Program-made: the position numbers and the translations under genes
Notes under the pieces: model-generated
Told to the model about the DNA's origin: nothing
The model's input: the letters and a program-made list of their open reading frames with translations, nothing else
The model's database searches: none
Shown here: piece after piece, positions 15,686 through 23,610 of the stretch
Numbering within the stretch: position 1 is the stretch's first letter
Layout of the letters: the number at the start of each line of letters is the position of its first letter
NCBI GenBank assembly: GCA_035573935.1
Contig: DATLZP010000115.1
Coordinates: 1 to 30,746 of the forward strand
DNA from: Actinomycetota bacterium
Lineage (GTDB): Bacteria; Actinomycetota; UBA4738; HRBIN12
Length of the DNA: 30,746 nt
Direction: 5' to 3'

Positions 15686-15731
15686 AGGTTCCCACCGGCC
15701 GGGCGTCCCGGCAGTGATGCTGGCACCACTC
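15686..15731 (-). promoter_or_regulatory. Promoter of the single-domain REC: GAACCT -10-like element plus an 8-2-8 inverted repeat
   Basis: AGTGATGC-TG-GCACCACT at 15713-15730 (7/8 symmetric), centred about 30 nt upstream of GAACCT (15691-15686). Confidence 0.5.
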
Positions 15732-15778
15732 CCCGGGAGGAGGAGGACGCCCCAGCCGTGTCCCCCCAGGGGCGGACG

Positions 15779-15889
15779 GCGTCGCCGGGGACGAGCCCCC
15801 GCCTACGGGGAAGGGGGAGGCGTGGCCGGGGGCGAGCCCCGGCCCACGGGGGAGGGGGAGACGAGCCCCGGCCTACGGGGGAGGGGGCG
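15779..15889. repeat. Tandem repeat: two 41-nt units plus a 29-nt partial unit that contains the holB stop codon
   Basis: 15779-15819 and 15820-15860 differ at 5 of 41 positions. 15861-15889 repeats the 29-nt core ACGAGCCCCGGCCTACGGGGGAGGGGG. Confidence 0.85.
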
Positions 15890-16994
15890 CGAGGTGGAGG
15901 AAGGCCTGCTCCAGGACGAGCCGGGGGTTCAGGTTGAGGTCCTCCGCCAGCGCCGCTCGGGCCTCCTCGATCGCCCCCATGGCCCGGGCGTCGGCGGCGA
16001 CGTCCCCCCGGCCGGGGTCACGGTCCACGTTGAGGAGCAGGTCGGGCCCCACCCCCACCGTGGCCGCCACGCGGTCGCGGAGCAGGGCGGAGCAGGCCAG
16101 GAGGACCCGGTCGAGGAAGTCCCGCTCGGCCCGGCGTTCCCGACGCCTCTGCCGGGTCTCGATCCGCCGGACGGCCCCCCGGTAGGCTTCCTCCACCCGC
16201 CCCGCCTCGTCCAGGAACGGCTCCAGCTCGGCGCGGAACTCCTCCTTGAGACCCTTCCGGTAGCCCTCCGCCGCCGCGAGGACGAGGTCCGCCGCGGCCA
16301 GGGCCCCGGCCGGTCCCTGGCTCGCCCGGCCCAGGGCCTCCACCGCCACCTCGCGGAAGTCCAGACCGCCGGCCGCCGCCAGGCGGCGAGCCCGCCCCAG
16401 GTTCCCGCCCGAGAGCCGGGCCGACAGCAGGGCCCGCTCGGCGGGGGCCCCCTCCGCCACGAGCGTCTCTACCACGAAGGCCTCCGCCAGCGGACGGAAC
16501 GAGACGACGTGGCACCGGGAGAGGACCGTCTCCGGGAGCTCGTGCGCCCGGGCCGAGAGGAGCAGGAGCACCGCGTCGGCCGGCGGCTCCTCCAGCACCT
16601 TCAGCAGGACGTCGGCCGCGGCCGGGTTCAGCCGATCGGCCTCCCGGATCACGAACACCTTGCGACCGGGCTCCGGCGCGGTCCGGTACGCGGGGTGCCA
16701 CACCTCCTCGCGGACCGTGTCCACGTGGATGTCGCGGCCCTCCGGTTCGACCAGGAACACGTTCGGGTGACGCTCGGCGAGCGCCAGCCGGCAGGAACGG
16801 CATGCGCCGCAGCCCCCCCGCCCGCAGAGGAGCGCCGCCACGAAGGCGCGGGCGGCGAGCTGCTTGCCGCTCCCCTCGGGCCCGGCCAGGACGTAGGCGT
16901 GGTGGGGCCGGGCCAAGGCCTGGGCCAGGAACCCGACGGCACGTTCCTGCCCCGGCACCGCGGCCAGGACCGGCGGGATCCGCTCAGGATCCAC
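15873..16994 (-). CDS. holB: DNA polymerase III subunit delta'
   Basis: HAYVLAGPEGSGK, Zn cluster C-x4-C-x2-C-x2-C, HPNV, KVFVIREADRLNPAAADVLLKVLEEPP, ETVLSRC; follows tmk. Confidence 0.93.
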   Translation of the reverse strand: MDPERIPPVLAAVPGQERAVGFLAQALARPHHAYVLAGPEGSGKQLAARAFVAALLCGRGGCGACRSCRLALAERHPNVFLVEPEGRDIHVDTVREEVWHPAYRTAPEPGRKVFVIREADRLNPAAADVLLKVLEEPPADAVLLLLSARAHELPETVLSRCHVVSFRPLAEAFVVETLVAEGAPAERALLSARLSGGNLGRARRLAAAGGLDFREVAVEALGRASQGPAGALAAADLVLAAAEGYRKGLKEEFRAELEPFLDEAGRVEEAYRGAVRRIETRQRRRERRAERDFLDRVLLACSALLRDRVAATVGVGPDLLLNVDRDPGRGDVAADARAMGAIEEARAALAEDLNLNPRLVLEQAFLHLAPPPP

Positions 16995-19011
16995 CGCGGC
17001 TCCCCTCCGAGTCCTCGAGCGCTCGCTGCAGCGCCGCCCGCACGTCGGCCGCGACCTCCTCCTCCGACCGGCCCGCGTCGATCACCACGAACCGTTCCGG
17101 GTGCTCCTCGGCGATCTTGAGGTAGGCGTCCGACACCTTGTCGAGGAAGGCCGTGCCCTCCGACTCGAACCGATCCGGCTCCTGGGCGATCCGCCGCAGC
17201 CCCTCCTCCGGCTCGAGGTGGAGGAGGATCACGAGGTCGGGGAACAGCCCCTGGGTGGCCCACACGTTCAGCGTGAGGACGTCCTGCTCCCCGAGTCCAC
17301 GGGCCCACCCCTGGTACGCCAGGGAGGAATCGATGTACCGGTCGCAGAGCACCACCTTGCCCTCGGCCAGCGCCGGGCGGATCACGGTGGCCACGTGTTG
17401 GGCCCGGGCCGCGGCGAACAGCAGGGCCTCCGTCCGGGGCTCGATCCTGCTCCCCGCGTCGAGGAGCAGCGCGCGCAGGTGGTCACCCACGGCGGTCCCC
17501 CCCGGCTCCCGGGTCACGAGCACGTCCCGGCCCCGGTCCCGGAGGAACGCCGCCGCCCGCTCGATCTGCGTGCCCTTCCCCGCCCCCTCCACGCCCTCGA
17601 AGACCACGAAGAGTCCGGCCGCCGGCGGGCGCTTCAGCTTGGGGATCAGCCCGAGCGGCTGGGGACGGGAGAGTCGGAAGCGGCGGAGGCCTCGGCGGGT
17701 GAACACGCCGGCCGCGACCACGCCGAGGCCGGCCGCGGCCAGGGCCAGGCGGGTCCCCGACAGGTCGAGCCGCTGTCCGCCGAGGTGGAACTCGTGGTCC
17801 CCCACGATCGCGGCGAGCGCCGGGAACGCGGCGAGGGAGAGGAAGAGCGCCAGCCGGGCCAGCACGGTGAGCGACCCGAAGGTCCGCCCCCGGTACTCGT
17901 CGGGGACGTTCTCCTGGAGCAGGACGTAGCCGGCCACCCACGTCGTGCCGCAGAAGAAGCCCAGGATCACGGTGAGCACGGAGGCGAGCGAGAGGTTCGG
18001 CATCGAGGCCAGCACGAACAGCGTGGCCGCGGCGGCGATCATCGAGCCCGCCACGACCCGGTCGGCGTCGATCGCCCGGACGGCCCTGGTGACCGCCGCC
18101 ATCCCCGATCCCATGCCGATCCCGAACGTGGTGACGAGCAGTCCCCAGCCCGCGCTCCCCGCCCCCAGCGTGCGGGTGACGAAGACCGGACCCAGGGCCA
18201 TCACGGCGCCCACCGCGCCGAAGGCCACGACGATCCCCGTCGTCATGGCCGAGGCCACCGAGTGCTCCCGGAGGAACCGCAGGCCCCCCAGCACGTCGCG
18301 ACCGATGGCCGAGAGTTCGAGCCGCTCCACCCGCTGGGCGTTCGGCGTCCGGATGGGGACCCCGGTCAGCATCACCGCGGAGAACAGGAACGTCCCGGCG
18401 TCGGCCCACAGCGCGAGGGCCTCGGGCCGCACGGCCAGGTACGGGATCCGGGCCGAGAGCCCCTCGGAGATGCCGGCCAGCGTGGCGAAGGCGGCGCCGC
18501 CCAGCGGGAGCATCCCGTAGGTGATGATCAGGCCGAGCGAGTTCGCGTTGGCCAGCTGGCGACGCGGCACGAGGCGGGGCAGGCTGGCGTCCCGGGCCGG
18601 CGTCCACAGCAGCGACAGGCATTCGATGGCGAACGACAGGAGGTAGATCGCCCACAGGGCGTCCAGGAACGGCATCGAGGAGTACATCGCGGCCCGGCCC
18701 ACGTCGGCCAGGATCATCACCCGCTTGCGGTCGAACCGGTCCACGATGGCTCCGGCCACCGGGCCGAAGACGACGGCCGGGAGCATCCGGGCGACCATGA
18801 CGCCGGAGACGGCGAACGCGGATCCCCCGGGGGTGCGTCCCAGCCGGGCCACCAGGGCCGTGACGGCCACGAACCCGACCCAGTCCCCGAACGCCGACAC
18901 GCTCATCGCGGCCAGGAGCCGGGAGAAGGGGGGATGGGTGAGGAGGTCGCGGAGGGTCGCCGAGCGGGTGCCGCGGAGCGCGGCCACCTCGTCGGCGTAC
19001 GCGCCGGCCAC
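16984..19011 (-). CDS. tmk: MFS transporter domain fused to C-terminal thymidylate kinase (675 aa)
   Basis: GTG 19011 overlaps the topA TAG. MFS motif GAIVDRFDRKRVM and about 12 TM. Tmk motifs FEGVEGAGKGTQ, TREPGGT, LLFAAARAQH, CDRYIDSSLAYQG. Confidence 0.93.
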   Translation of the reverse strand: MAGAYADEVAALRGTRSATLRDLLTHPPFSRLLAAMSVSAFGDWVGFVAVTALVARLGRTPGGSAFAVSGVMVARMLPAVVFGPVAGAIVDRFDRKRVMILADVGRAAMYSSMPFLDALWAIYLLSFAIECLSLLWTPARDASLPRLVPRRQLANANSLGLIITYGMLPLGGAAFATLAGISEGLSARIPYLAVRPEALALWADAGTFLFSAVMLTGVPIRTPNAQRVERLELSAIGRDVLGGLRFLREHSVASAMTTGIVVAFGAVGAVMALGPVFVTRTLGAGSAGWGLLVTTFGIGMGSGMAAVTRAVRAIDADRVVAGSMIAAAATLFVLASMPNLSLASVLTVILGFFCGTTWVAGYVLLQENVPDEYRGRTFGSLTVLARLALFLSLAAFPALAAIVGDHEFHLGGQRLDLSGTRLALAAAGLGVVAAGVFTRRGLRRFRLSRPQPLGLIPKLKRPPAAGLFVVFEGVEGAGKGTQIERAAAFLRDRGRDVLVTREPGGTAVGDHLRALLLDAGSRIEPRTEALLFAAARAQHVATVIRPALAEGKVVLCDRYIDSSLAYQGWARGLGEQDVLTLNVWATQGLFPDLVILLHLEPEEGLRRIAQEPDRFESEGTAFLDKVSDAYLKIAEEHPERFVVIDAGRSEEEVAADVRAALQRALEDSEGSRGGS

Positions 19012-21347
19012 TAGGCCTCCGCGGCCGCTCCGCCGGCTGCGGCCCGGGCCGCGTCCTCCGTCCGCCCGCCGACCGCCTGGACGACGTGCCCGCAGCTCGT
19101 GCACTTCGCCGAGCCGTCCCGTTCGAGCACCATGAGCGAGCCGCACTCCGGGCAGGGGTCCGGCACCGGTCGCTGTCCCACGGTGAAGTCGCACTCCGGG
19201 TAGCGGTTGCACCCGTAGAAGACGCTCCGCCGCCGCCCCCGGCGGGCCCGCCGTTCGACGAGCTCGCCCTCCCCGCAGCGCGGACAGGCGACGCCGGTCC
19301 TCCGCTCCTCCTTCTTGATGTACCGGCACTCGGGGTAGCCGGTGCACCCCACGAAGGGGCCGTAGCGGCCGAACTTCCTGGCCAGGGGGCGTCCGCACTC
19401 CGGGCAGGCCTCGTCCAGGACCTCGGGCTCCGGGCGCTCCTGGCCGTCCAGGTCGCGCGTGTACCGGCACTCCGGGTAGTTCCGGCAGCCGATGAACTTC
19501 CCGTGCCGCCCGAGCTTCACCACGAGCCGCCCGGGCTCCCGCCCCTCCTCGGGGCAGAGCGGGCAGAGCTCGTCGAGCTCCTCCTCGAACCGCTCGATCG
19601 CGCTCTCGTTCTTCTCCAGGAGCCGCTCGAACGGACCGTAGAACCCGTCGAGGACCTCGACCCAGCGGAGCTTGCCCTCCGCGATGTCGTCGAGCTCCTC
19701 CTCCATCCGGGCCGTGAACCGGACGTCCACGATGTCCGGGAAGAACTCCACGAGCAGGTCGGTCACCACCTCGCCCACGTCCTCCGGGTAGAAGCGCCGG
19801 TCCTCGAGCCGGACGTAGCCCCGATCGAGGAGCGTGGAGATGATGGACGCGTACGTCGAGGGACGCCCGATCCCCAGCTCCTCGAGCGTCTTCACCAGCG
19901 ATGCTTCCGAGTACCGGGGAGGGGGCTGCGTGAAGTGCTGGCCGGGCAGGACCTCGAGGAGGCGGAGGGCCTGGTCCGGGACCAGGCGGGGGAGGAGCGC
20001 CTCCTGCTCCTCCTCCGTGGGCTCGTCCCGGCCCTCGGTGTAGACCCGGCGGAACCCGTCGAACCGGAGCGTCTGCCCCGTGGCCCGCAGGAGGTACGTC
20101 GCGGCCCCGGCCACGGCCTCCACGTCCACGGACACCTGGTCGAAGACGGCCTCCCGCATCTGGGAGGCCACGGCCCGCTGCCAGATCAACCTGTACAGCC
20201 GGGCCTGATCGCGGTCCAGCGAATCCTCCAGCGCGTCGGGGTGGAACCGCTTGGGGGAGGTGGGGCGGATCGCCTCGTGGGCCTCCTGCGCCCCCCGCTG
20301 CTTCGTCCGGTAGCGACGGGGCTTGGGCAGCGCGTAGTCCGGGCCGAACTGGAGCCGGACCACCTCCGCCAGCTCGGCCAGGGCGCTCGCGGCGAGGTTC
20401 ACGGAGTCGGTTCGCATGTACGTGATCAGCCCCACCCGGCCCTCGCCCGGGAGGTCCACGCCCTCGTAGAGCTGCTGGGCGATCGTCATGGTCTTGCGGG
20501 CGGAGAACCCCAGCTTCCGGGCCGCCTCCTGCTGCAACGTGGACGTGGTGAACGGCGGGGCCGGCGTCCGCTTGACCTGCTTCTCCCGGACCTCCCGCAC
20601 CCTGTACGCGGCGGCCCGGAGGCGCTCGGCGTGGCCGGCGGCCTCCTCCTCCGAGCGGAGCAGCAGTCCCCGCTTCTCCGGCGACGCCGCGAGCTTCTCC
20701 TCCCCGATCTGGAGCAGGCGGGCCGTGAACGCCTCCTCCTCCCCGTCCGGGGCCAGGCGGGCGTCGATCGTCCAGTACTCGACGGGGGTGAAGGCCCGGA
20801 TCTCCCGCTCCCGGTCGACGATCAGCCGGAGCGCCACCGACTGCACGCGGCCCGCCGACAGGCCGGGGCGGACCTTCTTCCACAGGATCGGGGAGATCCC
20901 GTAGCCCACCAGCCGATCGAGAATCCGGCGGGCCTGCTGGGCCTCCACCAGCTTGAGGTCGATGGCCCGGGGGGCGCGGAACGCCTCCAGGATCGCGTCC
21001 TTCGTGATCTCGGTGAAGGTCACGCGCTTCGCGTCCTCGGCCGGAACGCCCAGGAGCTCGGCCACGTGGAAGGCGATGGCCTCCCCCTCCCGATCGAAGT
21101 CGGTGGCCAGCACCAGGTCGCCCGCCTTCCGATGGGCGGCGCGGAGCTCCCGGACGACCCGCTCCGAGTCCTCCGGCACCACGTACTCGGGCTCGAACTC
21201 CCGTTCGGTGTCCACCCCGAGCTTGCTCTTCGGCAGGTCGCGGACGTGCCCGTAGGAGGCGCGGACCGTGTACCCCTGTCCCAGGTACCGCTCCAGGGTC
21301 TTCGCCTTGGTCGGGGACTCCACGACGACCAGGGTCTTGGATGCCAT
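19011..21347 (-). CDS. topA: DNA topoisomerase I (type IA) with four C-terminal Cys4 zinc ribbons
   Basis: LVVVESPTKAK, ATDFDREGEAIA, SAGRVQS, ITYMRTDS (catalytic Tyr), GIGRPSTY; C-terminal CxxC...GCxxYPEC repeats. Confidence 0.98.
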   Translation of the reverse strand: MASKTLVVVESPTKAKTLERYLGQGYTVRASYGHVRDLPKSKLGVDTEREFEPEYVVPEDSERVVRELRAAHRKAGDLVLATDFDREGEAIAFHVAELLGVPAEDAKRVTFTEITKDAILEAFRAPRAIDLKLVEAQQARRILDRLVGYGISPILWKKVRPGLSAGRVQSVALRLIVDREREIRAFTPVEYWTIDARLAPDGEEEAFTARLLQIGEEKLAASPEKRGLLLRSEEEAAGHAERLRAAAYRVREVREKQVKRTPAPPFTTSTLQQEAARKLGFSARKTMTIAQQLYEGVDLPGEGRVGLITYMRTDSVNLAASALAELAEVVRLQFGPDYALPKPRRYRTKQRGAQEAHEAIRPTSPKRFHPDALEDSLDRDQARLYRLIWQRAVASQMREAVFDQVSVDVEAVAGAATYLLRATGQTLRFDGFRRVYTEGRDEPTEEEQEALLPRLVPDQALRLLEVLPGQHFTQPPPRYSEASLVKTLEELGIGRPSTYASIISTLLDRGYVRLEDRRFYPEDVGEVVTDLLVEFFPDIVDVRFTARMEEELDDIAEGKLRWVEVLDGFYGPFERLLEKNESAIERFEEELDELCPLCPEEGREPGRLVVKLGRHGKFIGCRNYPECRYTRDLDGQERPEPEVLDEACPECGRPLARKFGRYGPFVGCTGYPECRYIKKEERRTGVACPRCGEGELVERRARRGRRRSVFYGCNRYPECDFTVGQRPVPDPCPECGSLMVLERDGSAKCTSCGHVVQAVGGRTEDAARAAAGGAAAEA

Positions 21348-21399
21348 CACCGTTCCTCGATGCCTCGATGGGGGACCGCCGGGCGGGCCCCGGCGGCCC

Positions 21400-21408
21400 A
21401 CGGTACCA
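21400..21408 (-). promoter_or_regulatory. Extended -10 (TGG-TACCGT) of topA
   Basis: TGnTAnnnT about 50 nt upstream of the topA start. Confidence 0.55.
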
Positions 21409-21532
21409 CCGCCCCCCGCCGCGGAGGCTCAGGTGGCGGGGCCCGGGCGGTGAACGCCCGGCGCCGTTCCCGCTATTCCCTACCCCCTCCGGGGGCATGC
21501 GATGGCCCGGAGGAGGGAAGGTGGGGGCGGTG

Positions 21533-21538
21533 TACCGT
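21533..21538 (+). promoter_or_regulatory. -10 TACCGT of dedA-yihY
   Basis: TANNNT upstream of SD GGAGG (21552-21556) and GTG 21561. Confidence 0.5.
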
Positions 21539-21560
21539 GGGGCTCGGCGAGGGAGGCCGG

Positions 21561-22199
21561 GTGTTCGAGGCGGTCCAGGGCTTCATCGTGGAGGAGATCG
21601 GGCGGTACGGCTACCTGGCCGTCTTCGTCCTGATGGTGCTGGAGTCGGCGTGCGTCCCCATCCCCTCCGAGGTCACGATGCTGTTCGGCGGGGCCCTGGC
21701 CAGCCCGGGCTTCACCGGCCCCGGACGGGACCTGGACCTCGTGGCCGTGGGCCTGATCGGTGCCGTGGCGAACCTCCTGGGCTCCTGGATCGCGTACTGG
21801 GTGGGCTGGGTGGGCGGCCTTCCCCTGGCCCGGCGGTGGGGCCGGTACGTCCTGATCCGGCCCCACGAGATCGACCGGGCCCACGGGTGGTTCGAGCGTC
21901 ACGGCGAGGCCGCCGTGTTCTTCTCGCGGCTGCTCCCGGTGATCCGCACGTTCATCAGCCTCCCCGCCGGGGTGGCCCGGATGCCGTTCGGGCGCTTCAG
22001 CGTGTACACGCTGCTCGGCTGCCTCCCGTGGACGTTCGCCCTGGCCACCGTGGGCTTCTTCCTCGGTGAGAACTGGGCGGCGGCGGAGCGGGTGCTCCGT
22101 CCGGCGTCGTCGGCCATCGCCGCCGGGCTCCTCCTCGCCGCGGCCTGGTACGTGGCGCGCCGGGTCCGGGCGGCGCGGGCCGCGGAGCGGGAGCCCTAG
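21561..22199 (+). CDS. dedA: DedA family membrane protein
   Basis: GYLAVFVLMVLESACVPIPSE, FFSRLLPVIRTFISLPAG; the 3' part of track ORF 19086..22199. Confidence 0.93.
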   Translation: MFEAVQGFIVEEIGRYGYLAVFVLMVLESACVPIPSEVTMLFGGALASPGFTGPGRDLDLVAVGLIGAVANLLGSWIAYWVGWVGGLPLARRWGRYVLIRPHEIDRAHGWFERHGEAAVFFSRLLPVIRTFISLPAGVARMPFGRFSVYTLLGCLPWTFALATVGFFLGENWAAAERVLRPASSAIAAGLLLAAAWYVARRVRAARAAEREP

Positions 22200-22202
22200 G
22201 CG

Positions 22203-23054
22203 GTGGTGGGGCTGGGGCGACTGGTCGGCCGGCTGGAGCAGCGGGCCCGGAGGACGCCTGGGCTCTCCCTGGCCTTCGCCGTCGCCGAGCGGGCCGGGCG
22301 GGACGGGGTGGGCCCCATGGCCGCCGCCCTCACCTACTACACGTTCCTCTCGCTCTTCCCCCTCCTGTTGGTGGCCCTGTCGATCGTCGGGTTCCTGCTG
22401 CGGGATCCGGCCCAGCAGGCGGAGTGGACGCGCCGGCTGGCGGGGGCCATCCCAGGGATCGAGTCGCTCGTGGCGGAGAACCTCCGGAGCATCGTGCGGG
22501 GCCGGGCCGGGGCGGGGACCCTCGGTCTCATCGGCCTCCTCTGGGCGGCGGTGGGGGCGGCCGAGGTGGCCCGGGAGACGCTCGCCCGGATCCTCCGCCG
22601 TCCCGTGAGCAGCAACGTCTTCCTCCGGAAGCTGCGGGCGGCCGCGTCGCTCGGGCTGGTGGGGCTCCTCGGCCTGGGGTCCACGGTGGCCACCGCCCTG
22701 CTCGCGGCGGCCCCGGCCGGCCCCACCCGCCTGGCCGGGTACGTGGGGACGTTCGCCGTGGACACCGGCCTGTTCCTGCTGCTGTACCGCACGCTCACGC
22801 CCGGGTCCGGGCCGCCCTACCGGGACCTCATCCCGGCGGCGGCCGTGATGGGCGCGGGATGGACCGGCCTCAAGCTCGCCGGGGCCTGGTACGGGAGGCG
22901 CGTGGTGAGCCGCGCCACCGCCGTGTACGGGACCTTCGCCGCGGTCGTGGGGATCCTGGCCATCCTCCACATCGCGACCAGGCTCTTCCTGTACGGGGCC
23001 GAGCTGGCCGCCGTGCTGATGCAGCGTCGCCGGGAGGGCCGGGAGACGCCCTGA
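22203..23054 (+). CDS. YihY/BrkB family inner membrane protein
   Basis: AAALTYYTFLSLFPLL, LLLYRTLTP, YGTFAAVVGIL...LFLYGAEL. Confidence 0.9.
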   Translation: MVGLGRLVGRLEQRARRTPGLSLAFAVAERAGRDGVGPMAAALTYYTFLSLFPLLLVALSIVGFLLRDPAQQAEWTRRLAGAIPGIESLVAENLRSIVRGRAGAGTLGLIGLLWAAVGAAEVARETLARILRRPVSSNVFLRKLRAAASLGLVGLLGLGSTVATALLAAAPAGPTRLAGYVGTFAVDTGLFLLLYRTLTPGSGPPYRDLIPAAAVMGAGWTGLKLAGAWYGRRVVSRATAVYGTFAAVVGILAILHIATRLFLYGAELAAVLMQRRREGRETP

Positions 23055-23061
23055 GCCTCGC

Positions 23062-23610
23062 TCAGGCCAGCTCGATCTCCGGGGCCACCTCCTGCAGGCC
23101 CTCGATGGCCACGGCCAGGAACTCCTCGAGCGGGATCCCCAGCGAGTCCTCCACCGACGTGACCTCCTCGCGGTTCACGCCGGGGGCGAACGCCTTCTCC
23201 TTCAGCTTCTTCTTCACCGACGAGACCTTCATCCCCACCGCCCGTTCCGGCCGGACCAGGGCCGCCGCCACCAGCAGCCCGGCGACGGCGTCGGCGTGGA
23301 CCACGGCCCTGGACATCAGGTCGGTGCGGTAGGCCTCCTGGGCGTGGGCCAGGACCGCGTTCACCACGCGTTCGTCCACCCCGGCCTCCCGGAGCCACTC
23401 CGCGGCGAGGAACGCGTGCCGGTCCGGGTCGTCGTGGGTCCGGTCCTGGTCCAGGTCGTGGAACAGGCCGGCCAAACCCCAGAGATCCTCGTCCTGGCCG
23501 AACCGGCGGGCCAGCGCCCGCATCACGCCCTCCACCGAGATGAGGTGCCGGACCGTGGTCTCCTTCTCCGCCTTCTCCCGGACCAGCGCACGCGCGGCGT
23601 CCCGCTCCAT
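23062..23610 (-). CDS. HD/HDIG-domain metal-dependent hydrolase of unknown substrate (182 aa)
   Basis: H22, H51-D52 (GLFHDLD), H65, H89, D107; tail KKKLKEKAFAPGVNRE; ATG overlaps the transporter TGA (TGATG). Confidence 0.88.
   Translation of the reverse strand: MERDAARALVREKAEKETTVRHLISVEGVMRALARRFGQDEDLWGLAGLFHDLDQDRTHDDPDRHAFLAAEWLREAGVDERVVNAVLAHAQEAYRTDLMSRAVVHADAVAGLLVAAALVRPERAVGMKVSSVKKKLKEKAFAPGVNREEVTSVEDSLGIPLEEFLAVAIEGLQEVAPEIELA

Noticed and set aside
15713-15730. CRP/GlxR site, attractive given the nearby cyclase
   Set aside because: GTGA and CCAC are 8 nt apart, not the canonical TGTGA-N6-TCACA; a NarL-type repeat fits better.
15779-15889. Mini CRISPR array (29-nt hairpin-forming repeats)
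   Set aside because: The spacers are 12 and 0 nt, the 12-mer is itself repeated, one copy is coding, and there are no cas genes.
12984-17120. 1378-aa ORF read as one giant protein
   Set aside because: Only the first ~500 aa are real. The rest is off-frame read-through after the extra G and runs antisense over the REC gene and holB.
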